Assembly: GCA_951406725.2 (NCBI GenBank)
Contig: OX597814.1
Span: 27,590,001 to 27,654,000 of the forward strand
DNA length: 64,000 nt
Direction: 5' to 3'
Source: Octopus vulgaris
Taxonomy: Eukaryota
Position numbers and translations under genes: made by a program. Below the pieces are notes generated by a model. The model was not told the DNA's origin. It was given only the letters and a program-made list of their open reading frames with translations, and ran no database searches. Position 1 is the stretch's first letter. Every line of letters starts with the position of its first letter. This document shows, piece after piece, positions 42,060 through 63,225 of the stretch.

Positions 42060-43327
42060 CAGGTTGCGAGGGGTATTTGAGGACCATCTTTGTATATAAT
42101 AAAACAACTATATTTAAGCATAAATAAATATGTATTTGAATAAACATTTGTGCAATTAGTCTTGATAATGATTTTTTTTAAAGTAAATTATCCTATGAAA
42201 CCGCCTTCGGCTTCGACGACTGCTTCAATGCTGGATTGAAACCGCTGGCATGCTGACACTATATGGTCCTTATTCATTTCGGACATCACCTGGGCAATGG
42301 CAGCCTTCAGTGAAGATATGGTATTATGAGGATGACGATTAGTATCCCTTTTGATAGTTCTCCACACATTGTAGTCCACGGGATTCAAATCTGGCGAGTT
42401 TGGAGGCCACATATTGGGTGTTATATAAATGTAAAGATTGTCTGAGAACCATTCTTGGGTGACTAGAGCTTTGTGAGAACGGCACTGAGCCTTGTTAAAA
42501 CACGTATGGCCTTCCATTGCATATTTCATCAATTCAGGGCTTGATAGCCGTTTCTAGTATCCCAATGTGTCCAGCAGCATTAATTATAAGACCCCTTGGA
42601 AAAAAGTGGGGAGGCATCACATGACCTTCGCTACTCACCACTCCTAAAACCGTCACATTTGCTGGAAGTTTCGTGTGCACCACTCCGGGTACTTCAGAAG
42701 GATCTGTACATAACCACCTGTCATTTCTTCTGTTAGACTTTTGATCCTGGTCAAAGTTTTGTTTTCTTGAGAGAAAAAAACGAAGCATGCCCTGTTCATG
42801 AGAATTTTCCATTTTGTTAAGTAACCGTTTTGAACGATGAAACAGTTTACCTGTGTCTTTGCAGACACGAATTGGCCTTCACTCATTACATAGGACTTGC
42901 ATCGAATGTTGCGGTGTACCACAGTTCTGGTAGTACATTCTGACACCCGAAGTTTTTTTAGCAATGAATCTCATTGATCATCTGGGGTTTTCATTGATAA
43001 TGTTTTAAACATGTATAAATTCCGGTGTCGCTTTAGTGTCTGAACGTTATGAATGTTTTTTTTTTCTCTTTGATACAGGTGAAACATTACCATCACATAC
43101 CTTCAATTCCAACCAAACTTTGTGTACAAATGATCTTGCAACATTTAGAAAGTTGCTAATTTCTAAATCACTATGCTTTGCATGTATAGCAACTATGTAT
43201 GTCTTTTCATTTCCTGAGTTAGCATGATATCTTGAAAGGGTTATCTGAAAAACAAAATGATGCATTAAATAATTTGAAGGTGTAATGAACTAAAAACAAA
43301 ATGTACTCAAATACCGCTCGCACTCTA
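42060..43327 (-). mobile_element. Tc1/mariner DD37D (maT-like) element, full length, inactive
   Basis: TIRs CAGGTTGCGAGGGGTATTTGAG (42060-42081) and CTCAAATACCGCTCGCACTCTA (43306-43327), TA at the left end, ~1.27 kb. Confidence 0.9.
42188..43230 (-). pseudogene. DD37D transposase pseudogene
   Basis: Four frameshifted ORF pieces, including NFDQDQKSNRRNDRWL, VLGVVSSEGHVMPPHFF and WPPNSPDLNPVDYNVW. 37 residues separate the mutated second Asp position (YVF*QGS) from the final D. Confidence 0.9.
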
Positions 43328-43428
43328 TGTTGAGTATATATTTGAAGTGATATGGGCATATTCGGCATCTACTTTCAGTGGATAGGTATGGTACCTTCTG
43401 TGCGCTTAAGTATAATTGTACCCTATAC

Positions 43429-43527
<99 letters not shown>

Positions 43528-44701
43528 TGTGAAGTAATCAAATTCAAATAAAAACAGTGAATCGTAGATAATATCTAAGAAATATCAATAACTAATTTAG
43601 GTAATGAGAAGCTATAATTATGAAATATATTGAAAGAAAATAAGGTAGAAGCATGTAAAATGTACATTTAAGTGTGAAAGCAGTTCATTAAAAATTAATA
43701 TTTGACTATAAATAATAAATTAGGCATTAGCAACTGCTTTGAAAAGTTCTGTATTGCTTTATTGAAATGGAAAAAAAAATAATGTTATGGCTGAAAATAT
43801 TCAAGTAGGTGTCAATACAAAAATACGTGCATAAACGGTGTTAGATCGCAAGATGAAACAAAAAAAAAACATGAAACAAGATATTTAGATATGTAAATAA
43901 AAAATATAATATATTAGAGTAATTTAATTTAAATAAATTAAATTGTCTGCCTGTATTAAATAATTTGGTGTTGAGCACAAAAGTTGAAATACGAAACTAC
44001 AGATAAGCGTTCATTAGTAAGTCACATTAGATATACTATATATTTAAGTGAAAACAAGACGTAATTTAAAATTAGATATTAAATATAGTAATTATAATAT
44101 ACGTATTTCCAATATATATAATTATTACTTATGTAATAACATAAAATTTTAAAAATCACAAATATATGTATTCTTTCAATATATCATAATCATATGAATG
44201 TACACTCTTGACAGCATAAAAATTATATACTCCAACATACATACGTACATGCATATGTATATATGTATGCATGTATATATGCATGTATGATTATATGTAC
44301 GTATGCAAGTCTTTGAGAGTGTGTGCATGTGTGTGTAATAATTTATTCATACACTACCACAAAATTATATAACAGCTGAAAAATACAATATACGGTAAAT
44401 AAATACATGGATAAAAAACAATTCTTTCATCTTTTATCTTTTATTTGTTCCAGTCAGGAGACTGCGGCCATCCTGGGGCATCAACTCGAAGGATTTAGTC
44501 AAATAAATGGTACCCTAGTACTTATTCCATGTTTCAAAGCCTGGTACTTATTCTATCGATTTATGTTTACCGACCCGCTAAGTTATTAGGCAGTAAGCAA
44601 GACAACACCTGTTACCAAGTGGTGGTGGGGAACAAACACAAATATAAAGACATAAATACATTGACAATATTAAAAGCTTATGTATGTATGTATGTATGTA
44701 T

Positions 44702-44924
44702 GGCTAGCTGGCAGAACCGTTAGCACGCCGGGCGAAATGCGTAGCCGTATTTCGTCTGCCGCTACGTTCTGAGTTCAAATTCCGCCGAGGTCGACTTTGC
44801 CTTTCATCCTTTCGGGGTCGATAAATTAAGTACCAGTTACGCACTGGGGTCGATATAATCGACTTAATCCCTCTGTCTGTCTTGTTTGTCCCCTCTATGT
44901 TTAGCCCCTTGTGGGTAATAAAGA

Positions 44925-44926
<2 letters not shown>
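44702..44926 (+). mobile_element. SINE family B, full length
   Basis: GCTGGCAGAACCGTTAGCACGCCGGGCG..GAGTTCAAATTCC..CCCCTTGTGGGTAATAAAGAAA; adjacent to a minus-strand SINE A fragment at 44425-44660. Confidence 0.95.
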
Positions 44927-44981
<55 letters not shown>

Positions 44982-45222
44982 AATATTAATTCGATGAAGA
45001 CACTCATGGTTTAGTTCTCCCTGCATGGAGAGGTCCACAGGCCAAACAACAAAAGGAAGTCATGGCATTGAAGATTCTGCTTGAATATCTGAATGATACA
45101 CCTATTGCACCTTTACAGCGTGACTTTGTTGAAACAAAAAAGCCTTATTGTAGCATGGTATCTCATGAGCTTATAGAAAATTCAGTAACCCTTTTCTATT
45201 TCCATTCCCTAATATTTTTTAT

Positions 45223-45254
<32 letters not shown>

Positions 45255-45726
45255 AAGAGAGAGAAAAAGAGAGTGAGAGAGAGAGAGAGAGAGAGATACA
45301 AATAGGTAGGCATCAGTTAATTCACAGGCGTATTCATATGTACCAAAAGTTATATTTATATATCAACGAAAATACAAAAGTACAGAAAATTCCAAATAAA
45401 ATATATGTACTTTCATAAATACATTAATTCATGTATATATGTATTTACATATGCAGAAACATTCATTCGAAAACACGCTTATATCTTAAACATGCAGGAC
45501 ATATAGATATAAATCACCACACTCGCAGAATCTAATATATAATCATAAAAATACATTAGATGGAAATAAGAAGCATAGTCATTATTGTAGTATTTTATTA
45601 GCTGAAAATCTTGGTTAAGTACTGAGATAATAGGTTTAAGTGGAAGAGAAGTTGCAATATTAAATGTCCCTTAATGTGGTGCAAAGTACAAAAAACGAAA
45701 GATTCGAAAACTGTGTCGGCAGACAC

Positions 45727-46133
45727 TTTTTACTCTTTTACTTGTTTCAGTCATTTGACTGCGGCCATGCTGGAGCACCGCCTTTAGTCGAGCAAATCGA
45801 CCCTGGGACTTATTCTTTGTAAGCCCAGTACTTATTCTATCGGTCTCTTTTGCCGAACCGCTAAGTTACGGGGACGTAAACACACCAGCATCGGTTGTCA
45901 AGCAATGTTGGGGGGACAAATACAGACACACAAACACACACACACATATATATACATATACATATATACGACGGGATTCTTTTCAGTTTCCGGCTACCAA
46001 ATCCACTCACAAGGCTTTGGTTGTCCCGAGGCTATAGTAGAAGACACTTGCCCAAGGTGCCACGCAGTGGGACTGAACCCGGAACCATGTGGTTGGTATG
46101 CAAGCTACTTACCACACAGCCACTCTTGCGCCT
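45727..46133 (-). mobile_element. SINE family A, full length
   Basis: Near-identical to 21154-21558. Confidence 0.95.
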
Positions 46134-46350
46134 TACACATTAACAAGCACGGTTCTTCTAAGTTAATATGTAAAATTTGAGAAGAAATTTAAAATGCTAC
46201 GTAACATATCGGAGACAGAACTGTTAGAATCAGTAAATCTGATTGTTATTTGTGATTGAAAGGCTTTAAGTCCAGTCATTACTGGATTAAGGTCTTCCAA
46301 AAGTATGAAGTGAAATGCAATTCCAGTATATCATAATCGTTTATCTTAGT

Positions 46351-46556
46351 CGTCTTGGCCGCGGAATCGAGCGCGCATAACTTAGCGCGCTCCGTTGCAG
46401 GTTCGTTTAAGTGAGAAGTGGAAGAAACGGCACCTCCTACTTACTGCGCGCGTACACAGGGTCGCTGGGTTACGGTGTGGCAGTCGGAAAAGACGAAAAG
46501 TCTTGTACCGCCGACGAGTTGTCGCTCGTCGGCATCGAGCGCGAGCCCCGGTCTCA
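46351..46556. other. Unique CpG-rich structured island (candidate ncRNA, or promoter/first exon)
   Basis: Abrupt GC and CpG rise. Perfect hairpins at 46369-46392, 46490-46504 and 46510-46533. Minus-strand GTAAGT at 46439-46444. Confidence 0.45.
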
Positions 46557-46579
46557 TAAGCATAATTTAAGACTTATCT

Positions 46580-46762
46580 ATCTTTTCTTTTATCTTATAT
46601 CTTTTATTTGTTTCAGACCGGGACATTGCCTTGAACAATTTTTAATGGAATGAATCGACCCCAGCACTGTTTTTTTAAGACTGGTACTTATTCTATCGAT
46701 CTCTTGCCGAACCGCTAAATTATGGAGACACCGGTTGTCAAGCGATAGTGGGACATACACAC

Positions 46763-46855
<93 letters not shown>

Positions 46856-47013
46856 CTTCTTTCAGTTTCTGTCTACCAAATCTACTCGCAAAGCTTTGGT
46901 CAGCTCGAGGCTATAGTAGAAGACGCTTGCCCAAGGTGCCACGCAGTGGGACTGAACTCGGAGCCATTGTGATTGGGAAGCAAACTTATTACCACACAGC
47001 CACATCTGCTCCT
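46580..47013 (-). mobile_element. SINE family A with an expanded internal (CA)n
   Basis: Family A motifs TACTTATTCTATCG, CCCAAGGTGCCACGCAGTGGGACTGAAC. Confidence 0.9.
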
Positions 47014-48464
47014 GCAAATAAAATCTTAAGTATTTCAATTTTAATAACAGTTGGTTAAAGAACAGGTGTTCGGTAATAGTGTTGCCGTGTTTAGGTCGGT
47101 AGTGTAAAAAGGAAGATATAGAAACAAACATGGCTGTTTGGTTAATAAACACGATTTGCAGCTACATGGTTTCAGGTTCAATCTCATTGCGCAACACCTT
47201 GGCAAGGTCGCATAAATCGAATACTAATTATCAAGATGCGTTACAGTTTATGATATGAAAGGGATTCAGAAACCCCTTTAACATGAAGTGATTCTTCGCG
47301 AGTTCTTAAACAAAGATTCTTTAGTAAACAGAATTTCTAATGTTTTAATCGGTAAATTTCTCAAAACACTTTATTCATGTGTACGGTTTCGCTCATACCT
47401 GTATACCCCATTCAAGGTTGCAGTGTTAATGTTACTAAAGTGTCACAAATATCTTGAAAAGGAAGTGGCATTTTTGTCGATGGATTCCGAAATACTTGGG
47501 TGTGCAGCTGGTAACGAATTTTAAACTTAGTTTCGGTGATACCTATATAAACCTTATTAGATGTATTTAACTAAAATTATATATTCAATTTCTTTAGCTT
47601 GGCAGCTAGATTTAAGAAGTCAACATTAGAATTGATACAATTGAAATTATCATTATTATTATTACTGTAATTTTAAAATTTATCTGAGTAAAATAGTTTT
47701 ATTGCATTTTTATTGTGAATGCTTTGGTGCTTTTACTGGAGAGAAAATTCAGACTCAGCAGAGAAAAGAATATCTTAGCCATAGGGTAGCAACTTCAGAA
47801 TTGTGTGGAGGATTAAGCCATGTGATATTTTTTGATCCATTGCGATTATTTCTGACATTATTATGGAGTGATGTGTAGGTTATTTTACCATTAATTATCT
47901 TCTCTTCTTAGCATCATTATAATATGAAGTGCAGTCAATAAAGATATGTTAATTATTAGATATGTTTAAAATTTCATGTCAGATAATGCACACACATGTA
48001 TGTGTTATTTAGTATTAATTGATCAGATTATTGAAAAACAAATATTGATGATGGGATTCTACATTTAGTAGAGTATCTTAACACGTTTTTAGTTATTTTG
48101 AAGGCTCTTGAATTTAATCTACCCCATTCCTACTGACCATAACTGTGTGTTCTCCCATCCCACCTTCTAGTACTGATTGATCATCCATTGTTTTCTTCCT
48201 GTACCTCATTCTCTTTCTCACTCTCATGTTAACCGTCTCCTTCTTTCTTGTGTCTTTGATCATTAGTGTCTGTGAATCTTTAATCCATCTCCTTGATTTC
48301 CAACAACAATATAACCTACCCAGTAACCAGTTCACTTCTTGTGAAAACTTGTCTGATAAAAGGGTTAAAAGTGAATTTATTATTTAAAATTTCCCTCATT
48401 AATTAAGCTGTTAAAGGCAAAACTTTTTAATCTTATTAGGAAGTAAACTTGCATTTATTCCGGT

Positions 48465-48620
48465 TTTACGCCCAGAGTTCAAAAGCTCTTGAGGTCAACT
48501 TTGCCTTTCATCCTTTGAGGTCGATAAAATAAGTACGAGTTTGAGTCTTGCAGGTCAATGTAATCAACTTTCCTCTCACCTCAAAATTGCTGGCCTCGTG
48601 CCAAAAATCAGAAAGAATGA
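48465..48620 (+). mobile_element. SINE family B fragment
   Basis: GAGGTCAACTTTGCCTTTCATCCTTTGAGGTCGATAAAATAAGTAC. Confidence 0.8.
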
Positions 48621-49039
48621 TTTGGCCTTCTAATCCTTTTACACTAAAGGAATGCGTAGTGTTTCGATGAATTTCCCCCAAATGCATCAATTATGTGCTA
48701 TCTCTCTTAAGTCACCCCAACATTCTTCCTTCGCTTTCCACTGTATCGTTTTTAACTAAGGTTCTTACAGTCTCTGTCTCTCTTTTCTACCATTTCTGTC
48801 CAACTGAGAACATCTCGAACTAGACTTTCAACTCATCACTAGATGTCTCCCACCAATATTCGCCGCGCGATCTTTTAAAGTTATCAGTTGGTATTATTTC
48901 AACCCCATCTTTTGCTCTCTCACCAGTCGAGTGATCTTGTTACCCGATTCTTAATATTCTGCGTAAGGCGTTATGTTAAGAAAAAAACAAACAAACAAAA
49001 AAACTAGGAATTCAGCGTTCGATATAGCAGTATCGTGCC

Positions 49040-49810
49040 AAGATCGATATCCATAAAGTAATATTGATCTTACCAAGAATATATAAAATTTTACCTTGCT
49101 GTGTGTTGAAAAACAGTTGGACTTCTTTATTATGTTTTAACATGCCTATTGGTTGTTCTACTTAGACCACTGTATCACTTTTAACATGCTTGTTCCTTGA
49201 TCTGCTTTTTGAATTCTTTCCCCAAACTCCTAACTATGTGAAACATTACCTGCTTTCATAGTTGCCAAGTACTTAAAGTGATCTGCGGTCTTTATTATTT
49301 TTCCTTCCACGCAACAAATGGATCGATTGGCACAATTTATATACATTATTTCTGTCTTTGAACAATTAATAGCCAGCCAAACCTTACTTTCTTCTTTTCT
49401 TAACCTACACAACATTAGTTGCATTTCATTTATTGTTCTTGAAATCATCATCAGCTCGTCATCATAATCAAGATCAGCGTCTTACAATCCTTCCCTCGTC
49501 TTCCTTACAAAATTCCTTCATCATATAATTAAACCAACCACCATCACAAAAAGTAGGGAGGAACAGTAGCCTCCCTGAATAACACCAGCACTTGACCTTA
49601 AAACATTCATTACAAGTTCCAGACACCATGATCTGATCAAGTTCCTTCAAGCAACGCTGAAATTACGTCAATACATTTTCGAGGCAGCCTATGTCTTCTT
49701 ATTATCTATGATAATGCTTATTGTGATTTACAACCAAAATCCTTCCGGAAATAAGCACGACATTGACATTACAGCAGCGTTATTTATTTTGCCAAGTTAT
49801 ATAACATGGC
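49040..49810 (-). mobile_element. Decayed RTE-like LINE reverse transcriptase fragment
   Basis: Minus-strand pieces GVIQGGYCSSLLF, DLDYDD (YADD position) and MQLML.RL..E..KV.LAINCSKTEIM..DHFKYL. Confidence 0.75.
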
Positions 49811-49839
49811 CTTACCGTCTGTCGTATCGCTGCCCCTGA

Positions 49840-54860
<5,021 letters not shown>

Positions 54861-54863
54861 GTC

Positions 54864-55070
54864 TCAGATCAGCATCTGATAAAACAGAGCTTTGATCAAA
54901 ATACTTTCCATCTGTGACATTCCCTTCATATAAATTTTTGACACACTATATCTAGGATTACATGACCTGAAGTGTCCTCTTTCAAATAACGGTATGTTGT
55001 GCGATTTTAAGGACATTTGACTACTATTTCTAGCTGGTCGATGGTCTGCATTGAAACTACCTCATTGGCC
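54864..55070 (+). repeat. Old dispersed repeat, also at ~57001-57190, ~58955-59135 and ~32820-32900
   Basis: Shared degenerate motifs TGATCAAA..CTGTGAC, TATCTAGGA.T and CTATTTCTAGC..GTCGA. Confidence 0.55.
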
Positions 55071-55202
55071 TTAATAGTTAGAACGTTAGTAGAAATGTTA
55101 GTTAAGGCAGTAGTATAAGTAGTCGTGATAGTTTTTATAGCAGAGTGGCGGTTGTAGTGATAGTGGTGGTACTGTTAGTCTTAAATGTTGCATTTTTTAA
55201 AT

Positions 55203-55383
55203 CTTTACTTGTATTAGTTATTGGACTGCGGCCATGCTGGGCACCGCCTTGAAGGGCTTACTCGAACAAATCGACCTTAGGACTTAGTTGTCGAACCGTC
55301 ACGTTGCCGGGATGTAAACTAACCAACACAAATTGCCAAGCGGTGGCATGAGGCAAACACAGACATTAACACACACACACACA

Positions 55384-55477
<94 letters not shown>

Positions 55478-55638
55478 ACGGGCGTCTTTTCAGTTTCCGT
55501 CAGTCAAAATCCACTCACAAAGCATTGACCGGCCCGGGACTATAGTAGAAGGCACTTACCCGAAGAAACACGTAGTGGGACTGAACCCAAGGCTATATGG
55601 TTCGGAAGCAAACTTCTTAACCACTCAACCACATCTGT
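55203..55638 (-). mobile_element. SINE family A, diverged
   Basis: GGACTGCGGCCATGCTGG..(CA)n..TTTCAGTTTCCGT..AAATCCACTCACAA..GTGGGACTGAACCC. Confidence 0.85.
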
Positions 55639-56468
55639 GAATATACATTAGTATTACAGATAAATGTGATGGTAGTAGTGTCGTGGTAGTTTGGTTGGCA
55701 TTATTTAGATTATTGTAGTAGCAGAAGGTATGGTATCTGATGATGAGTTTGGTGGTAGTCGGTGCTCTAATGATGGTTTTGGTAGTAGTACTGGTGATTG
55801 ATGCAAGGTAGTACTGGTTCAAGTTGTTACTGTAGTGGTGTTAACTGGGGTTACAGTTGGTGGCAGTTGATGCTGTAGTAGTGGTTATGGTGATAATAAC
55901 ACTAGTGGTTACTGGTGCTATGGTGGTTTTGGTGGTAATACAGTGGTAATGGGTGCAGTTGTAGTAAAGATGCTAGTTGGTACTCTGATGGTGGTTTTAG
56001 CATTGGTGATGGATAAAAGATAGTACTGGTGATTGTTGGAATTGTAGTGGTGGCCGTAGTTTTGTTAACACTAGTGGTAGTTGATGCTGTAGTAGTAAAA
56101 AACATTGGTGGTTATTAGTGCTATGGTGGTGGTTTTGGTGGTAGTACTAGTGGTAATGAGTGCAATGGCAACAAGGATGCTAGTTGGTGCGGTGGTGATG
56201 GATGATCATAACTGATCTTGTGATGGTGGTTGTAGTGGTGTTTGCAGTTGTGGTAGTTGCGGTTGTGGTAGTGGTTTGAGTGGATGTTTTGTTGGTAATT
56301 ATTACTCCAATGGTGCAATGATAGTAACGGCGCTAGTTGGTGTGTTGGTGGTGATTCTCGTGGTGATTGTGATGTAGTAGCGGTTTTGGAGGTAGTTGAT
56401 GTGGTGGTGATGCAAAAGTAGCTTTGGTGGTGGTTGAGGAAATGGCGTTGGTTTTGGTGGTGGTTGAT

Positions 56469-56782
56469 GGAGAAGGTGCGTGGCTTAGTGGTTAGGGTAT
56501 TCGGCTCACGATCGCAAGGTCGTGAGTTCAATTCCTAGTGACGCGTTCTTGAGCAAGACACTTCATTTCCCGTTGCTCCAGTGCACACAGCTGGCAAAAA
56601 TGAGTAGTACCTGTACTCCAAAGGGGCCAATCTTGTCACATTCTGTGTCATGCTGAATCTCCATGAGAACTACGTTAAGGGTACACGTGTCTGTGGAGTA
56701 CTCAGCCACTTGCACGTTAATTTCACGAGCAGGTTGTTCCGTAGATCAGATCGACTAGAACACTCGTTGTTACCGACAGAGG
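56469..56782 (+). mobile_element. SINE family D (CORE-like) carrying the family C tail
   Basis: A box TGGCTTAGTGG, B box AGTTCAATTCC, CORE-like TTCTTGAGCAAGACACTT..GCTGGCAAAAATGAGT, then TACCTGTA..GAGAACTACGTTAAGGGTACAC as at 16090-16260. Confidence 0.9.
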
Positions 56783-57262
56783 CCGAATTAGTGGTATTTG
56801 GTGATGGTTGGTTATGTTGTGATGGTTTTGGTGGTGGTGGTGGTGGTGGTGGTGGAAGTAGTATATGAGATAGTTGGTGATTTGGAGATATAGTGGTTGA
56901 TGATGTGGTAGTAGTAGTAGTAGTGGTGGGTGATGAGGTAGTAGTGGTAGTTGGTGGTGTGCTGTGATGGTACAGCTGTATTTAATTGATGCAATCACTG
57001 ATATCTGAGTTAGCCCAGGTTAAGCCAACCTGTTTATGATCAAATATATTGAAACTGACTATTTTAACTATTTTCTAAAGTATAGTGTATCTAGGACTGT
57101 ATTATGTCATGTGTTCCTTGGTAGAACGTGAAGTGAGGGAGAAATGGTAGCTATCTTAGGCATGTCGATCGACCACGTAGAGGGTTTTGTAGCTGCGTTT
57201 GTTACTTTCTGTTGTTGAAAGCTAAATAAAGATTATGTGCAGATAGATAGATAGATAAATAG

Positions 57263-57325
<63 letters not shown>

Positions 57326-57555
57326 GGCGGGAGAGAATATGGAAGGAGAAAGGGAGAGAGAAGGTGATGCAGGAGGAAGAGGATATGGAGAAGGAAAGAT
57401 GGAGAAAGATAGTGATGTGGAGTGGTAGAGAGAAAGAATCGTAAGAAGTAAAAAGAGTATGAGAGAATGAGAGATAGTAAAAGAGAAGCGTTGGTGAGGG
57501 ATTAGAAGAGAAACAGTGATTGAGTGCGATGCAAAAGTGACCAACAGAAAGAGAA

Positions 57556-57661
<106 letters not shown>

Positions 57662-57890
57662 ATAGAAATATTAATATTTCTAAGTCTCTCTAAAGGAGAC
57701 TACGGCAGCGGTACTGGATATTAATAGTTATCGCCAAGCTAATATGGCAGCCCAGAAATATAGGACGAATGCTGCCGTTGATTAGCTCCAAGAGGCCATC
57801 GCCTCTAGCTAGCTATGTGACACACGAAACTGTGTCCATTATAACCTTCGAACAAGGGAGGTCAGCCGCTTCCCCCTGCTGGTCAGGCAT

Positions 57891-57931
57891 CTGCAGACTA
57901 GTTTCAGGGTATTTGCCCCTTATCAATACAG
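57891..57931 (-). ncRNA. Candidate minimal type I hammerhead ribozyme (U3-A8 core variant) in a TA-embedded element (~57660-57947)
   Basis: Minus strand: CTGTA-TTGATAA-GGGG-CAAATA-CCCT-GAAA-CTAG-TC-TGCAG. 5-bp stem I, 4-bp stem II, palindromic ACTAGT stem III, GUC triplet. Confidence 0.65.
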
Positions 57932-57942
57932 AGCAGCCGAAC

Positions 57943-57989
<47 letters not shown>

Positions 57990-58041
57990 GAGTGAGTGGA
58001 CAAACGAAAGAAGGGCACTCAACACATTTTTGGGGAGTTAC

Positions 58042-58203
58042 ATATATGGGTGAAAACGGTTTGATTCAAATTCGTTAGTCCTCCAAGTTTCAAAGCGTGA
58101 TGCTAATCTTCAGCCACTGGAAATTCAAAATTCCAATGGCTGAGAATTAGCATCACGTTTTGAAACTCGGAGTACCAACGAACTTGAATCAAACTGTTTT
58201 GAC

Positions 58204-58211
<8 letters not shown>
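58042..58211. mobile_element. Fold-back element (81-bp arms, 8-nt loop) in TA context
   Basis: 58042-58122 is the reverse complement of 58131-58211 with about 10 substitutions and no gaps. Confidence 0.85.
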
Positions 58212-58244
<33 letters not shown>

Positions 58245-58476
58245 AACACCTGACAAACCGGGGCGGCCGGGGGGGTGTTTGTCTCCCCTTCGTAAACGTA
58301 TATAAGGACACAGGAAAAATGTGTCAAAGCCATCAAGAGGCGTCGATGCTTCCTAGGGCTAAAACAGCGGTGGTGTACCCCCCTACTGTCACGTTCGTGT
58401 TAGATTGACAGTATACAACCATTCTATCGCCCCACCACCGTACATGTCTCTACGAGAGATTTAGAGATTTAGTATT

Positions 58477-58530
<54 letters not shown>

Positions 58531-58816
58531 CAGATAATGGTGTTATTGAGATCCAAAGGTGTCAGGAAGTGCTTAATAAGTGCTATAGACAGACTATAGT
58601 TAAGTCCCAGATTCAGTAATTTTACAAATAAGGGGTTCAACGTTGGTTCTATGTCAGAGTGTGTGTATAAGAATTTTTTTTGCGAAATAAGATAAAAAAA
58701 AACCAAGGCTGTGTAGATCTTAGAGCATTTATAGACAGAAGGTGCTCTACAGCATTGGTTTTCTATCCTTATTACGCAAAGAATTCTTATATATATATAT
58801 ATATATATATATGATC

Positions 58817-58887
<71 letters not shown>

Positions 58888-59394
58888 TTCAAAAGCAAAG
58901 GGGACGGAATTATGAAACCAGAGCAGAATTAATAGAAAGTGCAGTTTTTGTTATAGTTGATCAGCCTCAGTTAATCTCTGGCCAAAGACGTTCTGGCTGT
59001 GACTTTTTCATCTTTATTTGAACACAATGTTCCCAAGACTGTTATTCATGTATCCTTCGGACTGATTTGTGGCAGGTTTAGCTTCTGATTGCATCAAGTT
59101 GAACGACGAATCAGAAGACCCCTTATTGCTCGTTGGTGACAGGAGGTGGTGGTGGTGGTAATGGTGATGGGGGACCGATAATTTTGCTTGTTGTTGGTAT
59201 TGTTGTGGGTGGCGCTGGTGGTCATGACAACAACTAAGTGACACTGGTGGTGTTGATGTGGCAGTGGTATCGGTGGCTGTAATGGTAATGGTTGCGTGGG
59301 TGGTGGTGTATGTGGTGGTTGTATTTGATGGTGTTCGTGGCGTGGTTGGGAACAAGAAGAAAATCCGAATGAAATAGATGTGAATAGGAGAAAG

Positions 59395-63225
<3,831 letters not shown>

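Noticed and set aside
47288-47524. 78-aa ORF, or a minus-strand AG..GT-bounded exon at 47399-47507
   Set aside because: No recognisable homology; the minus-strand candidate has stops in all three frames.
47819-47858. C/D-box-like TGATAT..CTGA
   Set aside because: Imperfect C box and only ~40 nt, too short for a snoRNA.
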